A stretch of DNA of 64,000 nucleotides from Eledone cirrhosa (lineage: Eukaryota): positions 75,950,001-76,014,000 of the forward strand of contig OZ024744.1 of the NCBI GenBank assembly GCA_964016885.1, read 5' to 3'. Below the pieces are notes generated by a model. The model was not told the origin of the DNA, made no database searches, and saw only the letters and a list, made by a program, of their open reading frames with translations. Position 1 is the first letter of the stretch, and each line of letters starts with the position of its first letter. Both the position numbers and the translations under genes were made by a program. This document shows, one piece after another, positions 26,900 through 40,025 of this stretch.

Positions 26900-27731
26900 T
26901 TATCTCTTTCTCTTAATATCGTGTATATTTTTGACCGGCCGCCTTCTTGGTGGCAAGGTTGTAAAAGAAAAAAAATTGTCATTCTTGAATCGCAAGAATG
27001 TTTTGCAAATGTTGAAAGTGCCAGAAATCGCAGCCATTTGTAGATATGAATTAGGGAGCTGCGCGCTTTCTCCGCAAATCCAAGTTCAGTTATACATTGG
27101 TCCAAGCGGGTTGCTATATAACCCGTAGCTCCAATAATGATGGATATGAAGCTAAAGGAGTATCTTGGATACTGGATTTGTAAACTCCTCATCAATGGTT
27201 CGTAGATGTCCTCCTTCTCCTGTATTTTTCTGACAATGTTTACATCAAGTGGGCAGCTGATCTCCACAACAGAACACGTTTTCAATGTGTGGTCCCAAAC
27301 AACAATATCAGGCCGGTTGTGCTTTAATTTGGTGGCAGATTTTATTTTCAGGTTCCTCCAGTATTCCTTAGTGCCATCTGTCTCAATATATTCTTCCTCG
27401 TTTGTTTTTAATTTTGTTTTCCGAAGTGCGTTCCAGATGGTTCTAGCTATGGCATCGTGTCTCATGGGGAGGTAGTAGCGAGATGACATTCTTTCGCAGC
27501 TGGCAACAATGTGGCTTACATCTTCGATCTTTGTTTTACATAGCCTACATTTATTGTCAGCTGATGGCCCTCCTCTTTTGTGCAGCAGATATTTGGTAGG
27601 GAGTTCTTGTTCTCGTATTGCATAGAGATATCACTCAAGGTGTGATGTCATAAACTTGTCGGAACTTCATGCCAGGCTTTTTGAGTGGTTTATCCCCTCG
27701 ATGGTCTGTGTTTTACGTCTCAAGTATCCAT
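26900..27731 (-). mobile_element. 5'-truncated Dong family A copy in (TACA)n
   Basis: Closely matches 17175-18010; (TATG)n on both sides. Confidence 0.93.
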
Positions 27732-27794
27732 GTATGTATGTATGTATGTATGTATGTATGTATGTATGTATGTATGTATGTATGTATGGTTACA

Positions 27795-28050
27795 TGTATC
27801 CCAATACAACCTGTCTCATGGTCGGGTCGTTGGCGACTAAACTGGCAACCCCACCAAGGTTTCTTGGTGAGGAGGGTGACTTTGGACATCCTGCAGGACT
27901 AAACTAAAAACAAAACCTGTCAAAGGGCAAAGTAGCTCTTAAGAGTCAATGGCCATCCAAAATCATCGGGAGAGATGACCCCTTAGCCGTTGTCAAGGCA
28001 GAATTCTAGGAGAAGGAAAACTCTGATATAACACCTGCAACCCTGATGGT
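27795..28050 (+). mobile_element. Possible RTE-type 5'UTR or SINE fragment
   Basis: GGCGACTAAACTGGCAACCCCACC and GAGAAGGAAAACTCTGA resemble RTE 5' regions (recall only). Confidence 0.3.
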
Positions 28051-28393
28051 ATCCAATGATGTTGACTTGTTCCTCTTTTTGGTAAATATCATCTTGGTTA
28101 AGAGAGTGGGACTGGCTTTGTGCAGTGCCTTTGCTCACTATAAAAGCTTCACGGCATTGCTTTATATCTGGAGACCTCTCTGCACTTGTCGTCACATGGT
28201 ACCATGGGCCCAGCACTATGTGCCAATAATTGTCACAAGTGTAGTGTTTGTACCAGAGTTTTCAAGTCGCTGGCTGGTCTAAAAAGTCACACTCATTCAG
28301 CGTATCAGTAGGGGTTCTCCTACATGGATATAAAGTAGTGGCCGTACTCGAAAACGAGTTGGCAGCCACCATGTATGTATGTATGTATGTATG

Positions 28394-28427
<34 letters not shown>

Positions 28428-28485
28428 TGTATGTATGAATGTATTTATATATGTATGTATATATGTATGTATATATGTATGTATG

Positions 28486-28610
28486 TTTCCTTTTCTCTTA
28501 ATTTCGAGTACATTTTTGACCGGCCACCTTCCTGGTGGCAAGGTTGTAAAAGAAAAGAAATTGTCATCCCTTCCTTGAATCACAAAAATGTTTTGCAAAT
28601 TTTTAAAGTG
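28486..28610 (-). mobile_element. Very short Dong family A 3' end in (TACA)n
   Basis: Matches 17175-17298. Confidence 0.88.
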
Positions 28611-28634
28611 TATGTATATGTGTATGTACGTATG

Positions 28635-28665
<31 letters not shown>

Positions 28666-28730
28666 GTGTGTGTGTGAGTATGCATGTATGTAGCATCTAC
28701 TCCCCCCCTCTCTCTCTCTATATATATATA

Positions 28731-28794
<64 letters not shown>

Positions 28795-29089
28795 GAAGAA
28801 TCGAATTCCGTACCTCTCAAATTCGTAGCAGCTGTTAGCTACTTTTTTTTCACCCGATTTCTTAAGCTACTAGATCAACCGACTGTGTCTATAGTTATTT
28901 TCTTCGTTTGAAATTTTTACATTTTCTAAGAATTTCAATGTATCCAACGCTTACATACATACATACATACGTACATACATACATACATACATACATACAT
29001 ACATACATACATACATACATACATACATACATACATACATACATACATACATACATACATACATACATACACACTTACATAATACATAT

Positions 29090-29490
29090 TTGGGCACTGA
29101 GATATGTTAATAACTGCCTCAAAACAAATCTTGAGCGGTTGGTCTTCACAGGAACAGAAATAACAAAACTAGTTAGGAAATTGCAAGTACAATCTATTAA
29201 TGGAACAGTAAAAATATGTAAAACATTCCAAATATTCTGCATCTAATAACTGCATATACATATGTACAGATACAAAGCGTATGCACATGCACACATACAA
29301 CTCAAAACATCCACACCCACACATACAATAACATCCATACCTGCACACACATGCATACATACATATCTATCTAGTTGATGTGTATATTCCAATGAAAGAG
29401 TCTTGTAATTATGTTAGAAACCGACTCTCTCTCTCTCTCTCTATTGGCAAATCTTAACTTTGTGAAATTATAAAACCAGAAGAACATACG
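29090..29490 (+). mobile_element. Dong family B 3' part and 3'UTR
   Basis: ALRYVNNCLKTNLERL...GTVKICKTFQIFCI stop; UTR matches 14810-15075. Confidence 0.88.
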
Positions 29491-29494
29491 TCTG

Positions 29495-30000
29495 TTTTTG
29501 TAATTCAAAAACCGGAAATAACAACGAGAAATCTAATTCACAAACAGATAGGGTTGCAGGAAAACACCTTTATGTCACAACAGATACAGACTCTGCGGAA
29601 TAAACATTGAAGATGTCACCCAGTCCATAAGCAGCTGTCCATATGAGGCATGATGTAGTAGCCAAAATACTATAAAATGCAATCCGTAAAAAGTGTTATC
29701 ATGAGAATAAAAATATAAAATATCACAGTGATGTGACGGACATATGTATACATAATATGAAAGAGAACTGGTGGAGTGCTCCTGTCAAAGCTCCAATAAA
29801 ATGAACATAACAAGCCAGGCATAGTGATATGGGATCGAGAAAGGAAGTCAGCAGCCCAGCAGATGTCAATATAATGCTAAAGATTAGCGAAAAGCAGAAC
29901 ATTTATGCTGAACTAATGAAGATACTCCACCCTGACTATACTTTTAGATATGCATCTGTAATCAGTGGGGCACGTGAATATGTTACTAATTACCTTCTGT
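29495..30000 (+). mobile_element. Older, degraded Dong family B copy
   Basis: Remnants MRHDVVAK, WWSAPVK, SSPADVNIMLKISEKQNIYAELM, ISGAREYV. Confidence 0.8.
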
Positions 30001-31449
30001 GTAAATTCTACCTACTAAATTTCACCCACAAGACTTTGATTAAAATGAGTCTATAGTAAACGTCACTTGTCCAAAATGCTGCGCAGCGACACTGAACCTG
30101 AAACCACGTAATGTTAGAAATCTTAAACAACCATTTACTTGTAACTCTTTTAACTTCAAATATGAAACCATTCATGTTTTTTTCAAAATCTACAAATTAA
30201 TTACAACTTCGGTTTCGAAAGATTATATTGGGTTAGCTGAAAGTAGCTTTAATGAAAGACAAACTCAGCACCAATGTACTTTCAAACATTAAGAAATTAC
30301 TTTAGACATAGGTCTATCGAAATACGTATAGTCTTTGAAATGTAATAATTTTAAGGATTTTTAAATTGCCTGAAATAAATTACAACACGTCAAAACATAT
30401 TTATTTTAACGATATTTATATCACCCTCTCCCCTTTTTTTCTATAAGGAAAAGGTACATTATGTTTACGAAAGCTCCATTTTAAATACCCGTTCAGGGTT
30501 GATATCTTCTTGTCGTCGTAAATCAAAACATTTCTTTAAATATTTTTTAATTACTCAACAGCTGAAAACAGCAAAGTTACGTAATACATTCAATCACGTT
30601 CGATAAAAAAAATGAAGACTTTTCTTTCGTTATTTTTGTCATCATATATATAAATGAAAATCTTATACAATAACATTCCAACTGCAGCCAAGGATTTTAT
30701 ACTTTAACATACTTATTCAACGGATCATAGATTTTGTTCAGTATATAATTACAAATTTCGTATATTGCGTTGATTGCTTTGCTGACTGGTAAAACGTGAG
30801 ACTAATCGGCTTAATATATGAAATTTCAGCTTCAAATAAAAACTTATAAACCATCTTTGCATCCTTGTAGTTACACTTTTGGATTATATGCATCCCAATT
30901 GTGGGTCAAAGAACCCAGCAAACCGCAATTGACCAAGTACGGCTACACCCCCCGACATGACCGAAACCAACCAGAAAGCCATCGAGGTCAACTAGGGAGG
31001 AGTTCCTCCAACAGAAGTGAAAAGGCCCTGGATTGGATAAAGATGGTGACTTAAATAGATCTATTTTTTTTCTCAAAGAAATTATTTTCTGATTCAGTTA
31101 CTGCCCACTCTCCTCTATCTTTCTATTTCTTCTTTAATTTCTCATTCTATTTTCTGATGAACGATTAACATCCGAAAGGCTAAGACTATCTCAAGCGTAA
31201 AACTAATATTTTTCATCATTGTACTGTGTCGTTTGCTTGGTTATTTCTTCTTCTTCTTCTTCTTCTTCTTCTTCTTCTTCTTCTTCTTCTTCTTCTTCAC
31301 GTTGTTTTGTTGGTGTTGTTGTTGTTGCTGCTACTGTTGTTGTTGCTGTTGTTGTGACTGTTGTTGTTGTTGTTGTTCTTGTTGCTGCTGTTACTGTTGT
31401 TGTTGTTCTTGTTGCTGTTGTTACTGTTGTTGTTGTTGTTGTTGTTGTT

Positions 31450-31655
31450 GCCGAGCTCATGTATGTTATCCAACCATCTAGTTCGTAGTTAAATCCTGGG
31501 CTTCCTGCCCGCTGGCTTGGTTTTGCCCGTAAAATCAGTGAAACGATTCTCTCTTTAGATATTCCAGCCACATATACGTAGTATTGGAGCTGTGATCTCT
31601 CAATTCGAAGAAGTAGCGGCTCTACCTGGAGTGACCCTCTGGATTCGGAGCTGCG
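31450..31655 (-). mobile_element. RTE LINE 3' fragment
   Basis: LQVEPLLLRIERSQLQYY..VAGISKERIVSLILRAKP; related to 10170-10345. Confidence 0.75.
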
Positions 31656-31781
31656 CACTCTATCAAGTAACTTATTATTTTGGTCATTACCTACATTTTA
31701 TGAATAGAGGTAATGGTTGGCACGAACACGGAATTGAGGATAGCGAGTTTGGTTTTTACACCTACCTTCCTTCTGATGATT

Positions 31782-32115
31782 GGCGGCGAATTGACAGATT
31801 CGTTAGAACGTCAGATAGAATGTTTTATGGTATTCGTTCCGGTTCTCTGCTTTCTGAGTTCAAATCCCACCGAGGTCAACTTTGCCTTTCATTCCTTCGA
31901 GTTCGATAAAAAAAAGTACCTATCTAGTACTGGGATCGATTCTTCCTCTACATCTCTCTCTCATTTCTTCTCTCTCTCATATATTCTATCTTTCTCTGGA
32001 AGAAATCTGCTGTACTCAGGCCTAGAGAGGGATGGGCTCCGCCAGGGTTAAACTACCCAAGAAACGTCGTATATCAATACAGTGCCTTATGACTCTATCA
32101 GGAGTTACGGGACCA
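31782..32115 (+). mobile_element. SINE S3, full length
   Basis: GGCGGCGAATTGACAGATTCG head, GAGTTCAAATCC B-box, core, and the tail shared with 12765-13040. Confidence 0.8.
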
Positions 32116-32511
32116 TATATACATAGAGACAGACAGACAGAGAAGGGTGTACAGAATCATAGCGTAGTACTTGCATTCAATACGGCATCCTTACGACTCT
32201 ATCAGGAGTTATGTGAACATACATACATACCCTTTTGATGACCGAGTGCTGCAGCTGTCACATTGCTGCACCAAAGTCCAACAGTTGCAAGCGTGGGAGG
32301 GATCGTGTTGATGAGAACCAGTTCAGTTCGAAAATGCACATCCACGATTGTCCCCCTTGCTTCTGCTGGACACCGCCAGACGGCGTTAGTCGCTGGTGTT
32401 TTGGCATATCTACGGCTCTCTAAATATTTATTTTAAACATACCATATGTCTTCTGAAATACGAAATTCTAATACATATCTGTATACAACTATGCCTGAAG
32501 CTAAATTGTAA

Positions 32512-32577
<66 letters not shown>

Positions 32578-32956
32578 CTGTGTGTGTGTAAACATACACC
32601 TACAACTAAACACCCACCTACACACGAGTATATATTTATATATATATAGGAAAATGTGTGAAATCCTTAGTACAGTTAGGTATATTTAAAAAAAGAAAAG
32701 AATAACTTCAATTGTAGTTCTAAACAATTTAATTTTATAATATAATAATTTTACAATTTGGTTTGGTAGATCTAGTGAGTTCTTTGTTAACTTCGGTGGT
32801 GAGATTTTTTTAAGATTCCTGGTTGACTTCCTTGGAGAACTTTCTCGCATAAAATAGATAACTAAAAAATAATTTAAAGTTTTTGAGAGTTTTTATGCAA
32901 GTTTATAATATGACAGAAAAGAAACGAAGGAAACATATTTGAACATATTTGAAATA

Positions 32957-33269
32957 CAGTTGTCTCCCGGTATTCGCGGGGGTTAAGTTCCTAGAGTACC
33001 TGCGAAGAGTGAACAACCGCGAACATTGGACGTGGTCCGTAAAAATGCCTATAAACTTCAAAACATAACGAAAATATAGACCGGCAGATACGATATATTG
33101 CTATTAATAAGTTAGCGTTAAAAAGCGATAAACATATACATATATTGCCACAAAGATGCCATAAAAATATCGCGGGAGATATTTACGATTCCGCGAATAT
33201 GCAGTGGTTTCCACGAGCAATTATTTGTTAGGTTCTAAGGAAAATTCCACGAATGCCAGGGGTACACTG
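32957..33269. mobile_element. Tc1/mariner (Tigger/pogo-like) MITE
   Basis: TA|CAGTTGTCTCCCGGTATTCGCGG ... CCACGAATGCCAGGGGTACACTG|TA: imperfect TIRs with a TA TSD. Confidence 0.78.
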
Positions 33270-33384
33270 TATATACCTATATTTTATTGCTTGATACATT
33301 CTTATAGCAGGTATGTTTTCATTCATTTATTGTTTATATTTTAAATACGAGGTAATAACAAAGAAACACTCGATTTCTTTCGGT

Positions 33385-33445
33385 CGATTTCGCTATAACG
33401 AATTTTTTTATACCTCGTGAATTTCGTTATAACAGAATTTTACTG
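33385..33445. mobile_element. Right end of a second Tigger-like element
   Basis: TTCGTTATAACAGAATTTTACTG|TA. Confidence 0.45.
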
Positions 33446-34444
33446 TATATGTATATATATATATATATATAGTAATAATAAATAAAAACACCAAAATCCA
33501 AAGAGCACTCGATAAGAATTATCCCGCTTAGGGTGAAAGCAGAAAGTCTTTACTTAAATTTTTAATCTGTACTAAATATAATATATATACACGAATGTGT
33601 GTGTATATGTTTGTATTTGCATGTGTGTGTGTATGTGCATAGATATAGGTGTATGTGTGTGGCATGTGTGTATGAGCATGCCTGTGTACATGTGCGTGTG
33701 TGCATGCATACTTTGTGATTGTGTGTGTGTATGGTGGGGTGGGGTATGAAATATTTACTGATACATTTACATACAATTTTATGGCTCTTTTCGAAGTGAT
33801 TAAAAAACTAACAGATGTAAGTTTAGAGAAGTTTAGATTGTGTTTACAGTAATATAAAGTAACATATAGCTCATAAAGGTGGGGAAGTGGGGGTATATGA
33901 GGGTGTATTGGTTTCAGCTACAAGCGTTGAAAGGTTTATTTTTGTATATGTTTGGAATTGAATTTGATATTTAAAAAGAAAAATCTAATTATACATGGTA
34001 GTATGGAAAAAAACCGGATTTAATTAAGAAATAAATAAAATACTATTAAAACCCACTGAAATCCTCAGTTAATCACTGGTAAAGAAATGTAACGTGGTAT
34101 AGACCTACAAGTTATAATCCTCATCACTAAAACTTTCTTTAAACCTTTATACAAACACTTTTAATCACAGGAGGGACGGCTAATAAGTTCATAAGCTGAC
34201 TATGAAGATTTGATGCTAAAGCTATGAAATCTTTCATGCATTAATTCCAACTCTTCTAACTAATAACTGCATTGTTTCTTTCCAGGGACTATGATGAAAA
34301 ATAAACTTTATTTGGTCATTCCAATTCAACAAACAGCTTAACCAAAATACACCTAAGGGAGAGAATTAACTTACGGCATTTCTACGTCATTTTTAAACCT
34401 GGCGTAAAAAAATAGAGAGAATGAGAGAATAGAAGAGAAAAAAA

Positions 34445-34735
34445 GTATTGACCTACTGTGTTTCTTGAGCATTTTTAAAGCCTGACAGAGCCCATCCCTT
34501 TCCAAATCTGAATACAGCAGATCTCTTCCAGAGAAAAAAATAGAAAGTGAGAAAGAGAAAATGAGAAAGAGATATAGAGGAAGAATCGACCTCAGTATTT
34601 GACTGGTACTCTTTTTATCGACCTCGAAAGGATGAAAGGCAAAGTTGACCTCGGCGGGATTTGAACTGAAAGAATAGTGCGCCGAAATGAATACTACAAA
34701 GCATTCTATCCGACATTCAAACGACTATACCGAAT
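34445..34735 (-). mobile_element. SINE S3 copy
   Basis: Reverse complement of 31782-32085. Confidence 0.78.
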
Positions 34736-34945
34736 TACAATTACTCTAATAGGAACCTATTGCCATTACAGGGAAGGATAAATAACTACTTAAAGAACAG
34801 GTATGTTGTCCGATAGTTTATACTAACCATTCCACAAAGTTCATCCAATTCTATTAAAAATCAGTTTAATTTACGCAAAGAAAAGAAAACAAAAAAAAAT
34901 GCATCATCGTTATCTATAGAAATATGCTCTTTTAAATCTAATATA

Positions 34946-36705
34946 TAATTGTTTCTACTTTTGGCACAAGGCCAGCAATTACCCAGTGTATTACTGGTAC
35001 TTTATTTTATCGACCCGGATGAAAGGCAAAGTTAACCTCGGCGGGATTTGAACTCAGAACGTAAAGGGACGTAACTATGCTAGAAAGCATGGCGTCCGAC
35101 CCTTTATCGATACTGCCAATATACCACCGCCTGCTGCCAATCTATAATACAGCATACTTTGTTGCTATCACACACCAGACTACGCCAACACAACAACAAC
35201 AACAATGACTACGACGACGAGGCGGAGGAGGGGGAGGGGGAGAAGGAGGAGAAGGAGAAGAAGAAGAAGAAGAAGAAGAAGAAGAAGAAGAAGAAGAAGA
35301 AGAAGATTTGGGAAATGAACAAAGAGGAATGGAAGTTATTCCAGTTGCTGTTAGAATCCTTGGTGTGGCAATGAAGAAAATCAAAAATTTCATTTCAAAG
35401 ATTAGTGTAGAAATTTGACCGGAGTTGCTGCAAAAGACTGCTCTTGGGAACAACCAGGATTTTGAGAAAGGTGCTAGAAATGTAGGAGCATGAACTTGGT
35501 CATATGTTACGACTTACTTCTTAAATTCGATGACATAAGATCTGTCTGAGTTCGATGTATTAATGGTTTCTAATTTAGGCACAAGGCCGTCAATTTGGTA
35601 CTTTATTTTATCGACCCCGTTAGGATGAAAGGCAAAGCTAACCTCGGTGGGATTTGAACTCAGATCGTCAAGGGCCGTAACTCTATGCCGCAAAACATGT
35701 TGCTCGACACTCTACCGATACTGCCAATCCACCACCCTTTTAATGTAATAATTGTTTCTACGTTAGGCACAAGGCCAGCAATTACCCAGTGCATTACTGG
35801 TACTTTATTTTATCGACCCCGTAATGATGAAAGGCAAAGTTAACCTCGGCGGGATTTGAACTCAGACTGTAAAGGGACGTAACTTTTAATGTAATAATGG
35901 TTTCTGATGTAGTCACAAGGCCAACAATTTTGTGGGTAGGGGAAAGTCGATTAAATCACTCCAGTGTGTTACTGGTACTTTATTTTATCAGCCCCGAAAG
36001 GATGAAAGGCAAAGTTCGATGTAATAATTGTTTCTACATTTGGCACAAGGACAGCAATTACTCCAGTACATTACTGGTACCTTATTTTATCGACCCGATA
36101 AGGATGAAAGGCAAAGTTAACCTCGGGGAGATATGAAATCAGAACGTAAAAGGCAATAACTCTATGCTACAAAGCATAGTGTTGACGCTCCACCGATAGT
36201 GCCAATCCAACGCCCTAAAGTTCGATTGGGGGAGAGGAGAAAGTCGATTACACCGAGCTCAGTACTTAACTAGTACTTTATTTTATCGACCTAAAAAGCA
36301 TGAAAGGTCAAGTTGACCTCAGAACGTAAAGGGCCGCAACATATGCCACTAAGCAGTTGTCCGACGTTCCTACGTCTCTGCCAATCGAAAAAACATACCA
36401 CATTTGTGACACAGAAATCTATAAATTCCTTTTTCTAAACAAAAGTTTCTAAATTAATATTTTGAACTGATAACTTAGTGCAGACCTCAGATATATAAAA
36501 CATAATATATATAATTGTTTCTACTTTTGGCACAAAGCCAGCAATTACCCCAGTACATTACTGGTACTTTATTTTATCGACCCCCGTAAGGATGAAAGGC
36601 AAAGTTAACCTCGACGGGATTTGAACTCAGACCATAAAGGGAGGTAACTCTTTGCTGCAAAGCATGGCGTCAGACCTTCTACAGATACTGCCAATCCACA
36701 GCCTA
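34946..36705 (-). mobile_element. Cluster of ~7 same-orientation SINE S1-type copies (34946, 35560, 35745, 35893, 36022, 36225, 36510)
   Basis: Repeated AATTGTTTCTAC..GGCACAAGG..CTGGTACTTTATTTTATCGACC..GATGAAAGGCAAAG. Confidence 0.88.
35305..35560 (+). mobile_element. 3' fragment of a third R4/Dong-like family
   Basis: MEVIPVAVRILGV ... PELLQKTAL / GTTRILRKVLEM stop, an RLE C-terminal signature. Confidence 0.7.
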
Positions 36706-36959
36706 AATATATATAATAAGATATCGTAAACCAATTCATTTCATAAATAAATTCATAGCCGCTTATACAGCACTAAATCCTAAATACTATACATACAACC
36801 GAATGAGACGCATTCATATTTATATATCATGGTCACGATTTATGCTTAAATTTATAAAATTAGATTTATATATATATATATATATATGAATACCCCATTT
36901 TTACTTTGTAAAAAAAAGTAGTTCTAGTTGATCGCGTTGTGCACATATAAGTGTATATT

Positions 36960-37033
<74 letters not shown>

Positions 37034-37872
37034 CTCGGTGAAACTCTAGGCGTAGAGGAAGATGAACTGGCCAGTCTGTTCGGTAGGACCTTCCGCCCGG
37101 GACCGATGGACAACTTCCAAAAGTCCCTGGCCTGGCAGTGCTACCGAGGAGCTCTACCAGTTCGAGACAAGCTCTACAGACATGGGCGCCCGGGCAGGGA
37201 CCCTGCAAAAAAGATCTGTCCGAGGTGCGTGCGAGACGAAGAAACCGTCGCGCACGCATTCATACACTGCCCGGGCGTCACTGACCTGTGGGGCTATGTA
37301 GAACGACTATTGTCGCGGGTGGGACCAATCCAGTTGACCACCGAGTCCATTGTCATGATCAAACCGCCACCCTCCATCAAAAACGAAGGAGAGGCGGTTT
37401 TCCTTTGTGTGATAGCTATGGCGAAAGAGGTTGTATGGTGGACAAGGTTGAAAGGGCTGAGGTCAGACACCTTTCTCTCCAGCCAACAACTGATTCTTTT
37501 TTCCAAATACCACTTTGGAAGAAGAATCAGGATGGAGAGAGAGGTGCTGTACCCCAGCAAGTTTTATGAAAGGTGGGTGAAAGTGGCGAGAATGGCCCGA
37601 GTGAATGGGCCTTCTCTCTATATCAGCCTGTAGGTTGAGGAAAAGGAGGAGGAGAGGAAAGGAGTACAAGCTCTTCATACTCCTGGAGATGAGGGTTGCA
37701 CATTTTTTTTCGGGGGTATGTGTTACCCATATAAACTGTCTCCCTCTATTGGGGAAAATCGACTAACTTTTAAATTCCATCTGTGATAACATTTTACACG
37801 TTTTTATTGTATGTAAACTTCTCCCTTTGTATTTGTCCCCTTGTTTTGTGCCCCTGTGGCTAATAAAGAAAT
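37034..37872 (+). mobile_element. Tx1-clade LINE 3' end (zinc-knuckle domain + 3'UTR) inserted in (ATCT)n
   Basis: WQCYRGALPVRDKL...CPRCVRDEETVAHAFIHCP; ends AATAAAGAAA followed by ATCTATCT; (ATCT)n upstream. Confidence 0.85.
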
Positions 37873-37895
37873 ATATCTATCTACACACATTTTTT

Positions 37896-38262
37896 TTTTC
37901 AAATACCACTTTGGAAGAAGAATCAGGATGGAGAGAGAGGTACTGTACCCCAGCAAGTTTTATGAAAGGTGGGTGAAAGTGGCGAGAATGGCCCGAGTGA
38001 ATGGGCCTTCTCTCTATATCAGCCTGTAGGTTGAGGAAAAGGAGGAGGAGAGGAAAGGAGTACAAACTCTTCGTACTACTGGAGGTTGCACATTTTTTTC
38101 GGGGGTATGTGTTACCCATATGAACTGTCTCCCCCTATTGGGGAAAATCGACTAATTTTTTAAATTGCATTTGTGATAATATTTTACACGTTTTTATTAT
38201 ATGTACTCTTCCCCCTTTGTATTTGTCCCCTTCTTTTGTGCCCCTGTGGCTAATAAAGAAAC
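37896..38262 (+). mobile_element. Second, shorter Tx1 3' end in tandem
   Basis: Near copy of 37500-37872, also ending in AATAAAGAAA..ATCTATCT. Confidence 0.88.
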
Positions 38263-38289
38263 ATATCTATCTATCTACACACACATATA

Positions 38290-39208
38290 TATTATATTAT
38301 ATTATATCATATTATCATATCATATCATATCATATCATATCATATCATATCATATCATATCATATCATATCATATCATATCATATCATATCATATCATAT
38401 CATATCATATCATATATCATATCATATCATATATCATATCTCATATCATATCATATCATATCATATCATATCATATCATATCATATCATATCATATCATA
38501 TCATATCATATCATATCATATCATATCATATCATATCATATCATATCATATCATATCATATCATATCATATCATATCATATCATATCATATCATATCATA
38601 TCATATCATATCATATCATATCATATCATATCATATCATATATCATATCATATCATATCATATCATATCATATCATATCATATCATATCATATCATATCA
38701 TATCATATCATATCATATCATATCATATCATATCATATCATATCATATCATATCATATCATATCATATCATATCATATCATATCATATCATATCATATCA
38801 TATCATATCATATCATATCATATCATATCATATCATATCATATCATATCATATCATATCATATCATATCATATCATATCATATCATATCATATCATATCA
38901 TATCATATCATATCATATCATATCATATCATATCATATCATATCATATCATATCATATCATATCATATCATATCATATCATATCATATCATATCATATCA
39001 TATCATATCATATCATATCATATCATATCATATCATATCATATCATATCATATCATATCATATCATATCATATCATATCATATCATATCATATCATATCA
39101 TATCATATCATATCATATCATATCATATCATATCATATCATATCATATCATATCATATCATATCATATCATATCATATCATATCATATCATATCATATCA
39201 TATCATAT
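38290..39208. repeat. (ATATC)n pentanucleotide array, ~0.9 kb
   Basis: Direct reading. Confidence 0.98.
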
Positions 39209-39216
39209 TATAGTAA

Positions 39217-39395
39217 GAGCGGTGGATTGACAGTATCAGTAGAGGGTCGGACGCCATGCTTTCCAGCATAGTTACGTCCCTTTACGATCTGAGGTTGACT
39301 TTGCCTTTCATCCTTATGGGGTCGATAAAATAAAGTACCAGTAATGCACTGGGTAATTGCTGGCCTTGTGCCTAAAGTAGAGACAATTACATTAT
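39217..39395 (+). mobile_element. SINE S1 copy
   Basis: S1 head, core and tail; B-box region partly deleted. Confidence 0.85.
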
Positions 39396-39491
39396 AGTAT
39401 TTTTTTAAAATAATAATAGGAAAGTTATTTTACATATCTCATTCATATTGAATATTATATATGTATATATATGTGGTGTGTGTGCGTGTGC

Positions 39492-39614
<123 letters not shown>

Positions 39615-39814
39615 GTGCTTGCTTACCTGACTCGCGTACAAACTCATGAAGCTATTTCTCGAATTTTCGAATGTAAAATAATTACACTGATATATTTCAT
39701 TGCGTTGAATGGAATCAATGAAAATATTTTCCCCTTCATACACGGCATACACTTACATATACTGTACGTATTATAGTTAACGAACATTTTAAAATTACAA
39801 AACCGTTCTGTAAT

Positions 39815-40025
39815 TATTGGAAGTATTGGGAGAGCGTCGGATGACATATTTTGTGGCATATAGCTGTCTCTTTAAGTTCTGAGTTCAAATCTCGCAGAGG
39901 TTAGCTTCGCCTTTTATTCTTAGAGGGACGATTAAATAAAGTATCAGTAAAGTATTGGGGTCGATTTAATCGACCCCTCCTCCGCCGCCAATTGCTGGCC
40001 TTGTGCCTAAATCAGAAACCATTAT
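39815..40025 (+). mobile_element. Diverged SINE S1-type copy
   Basis: GAGTTCAAATC, core remnant, GCTGGCCTTGTGCCTAAATCAGAAACCATTATT. Confidence 0.7.

Noticed and set aside
38201-39271. 356-aa and 337-aa ORFs (ISYHI repeats)
   Set aside because: Artefact of stop-free (ATATC)n.
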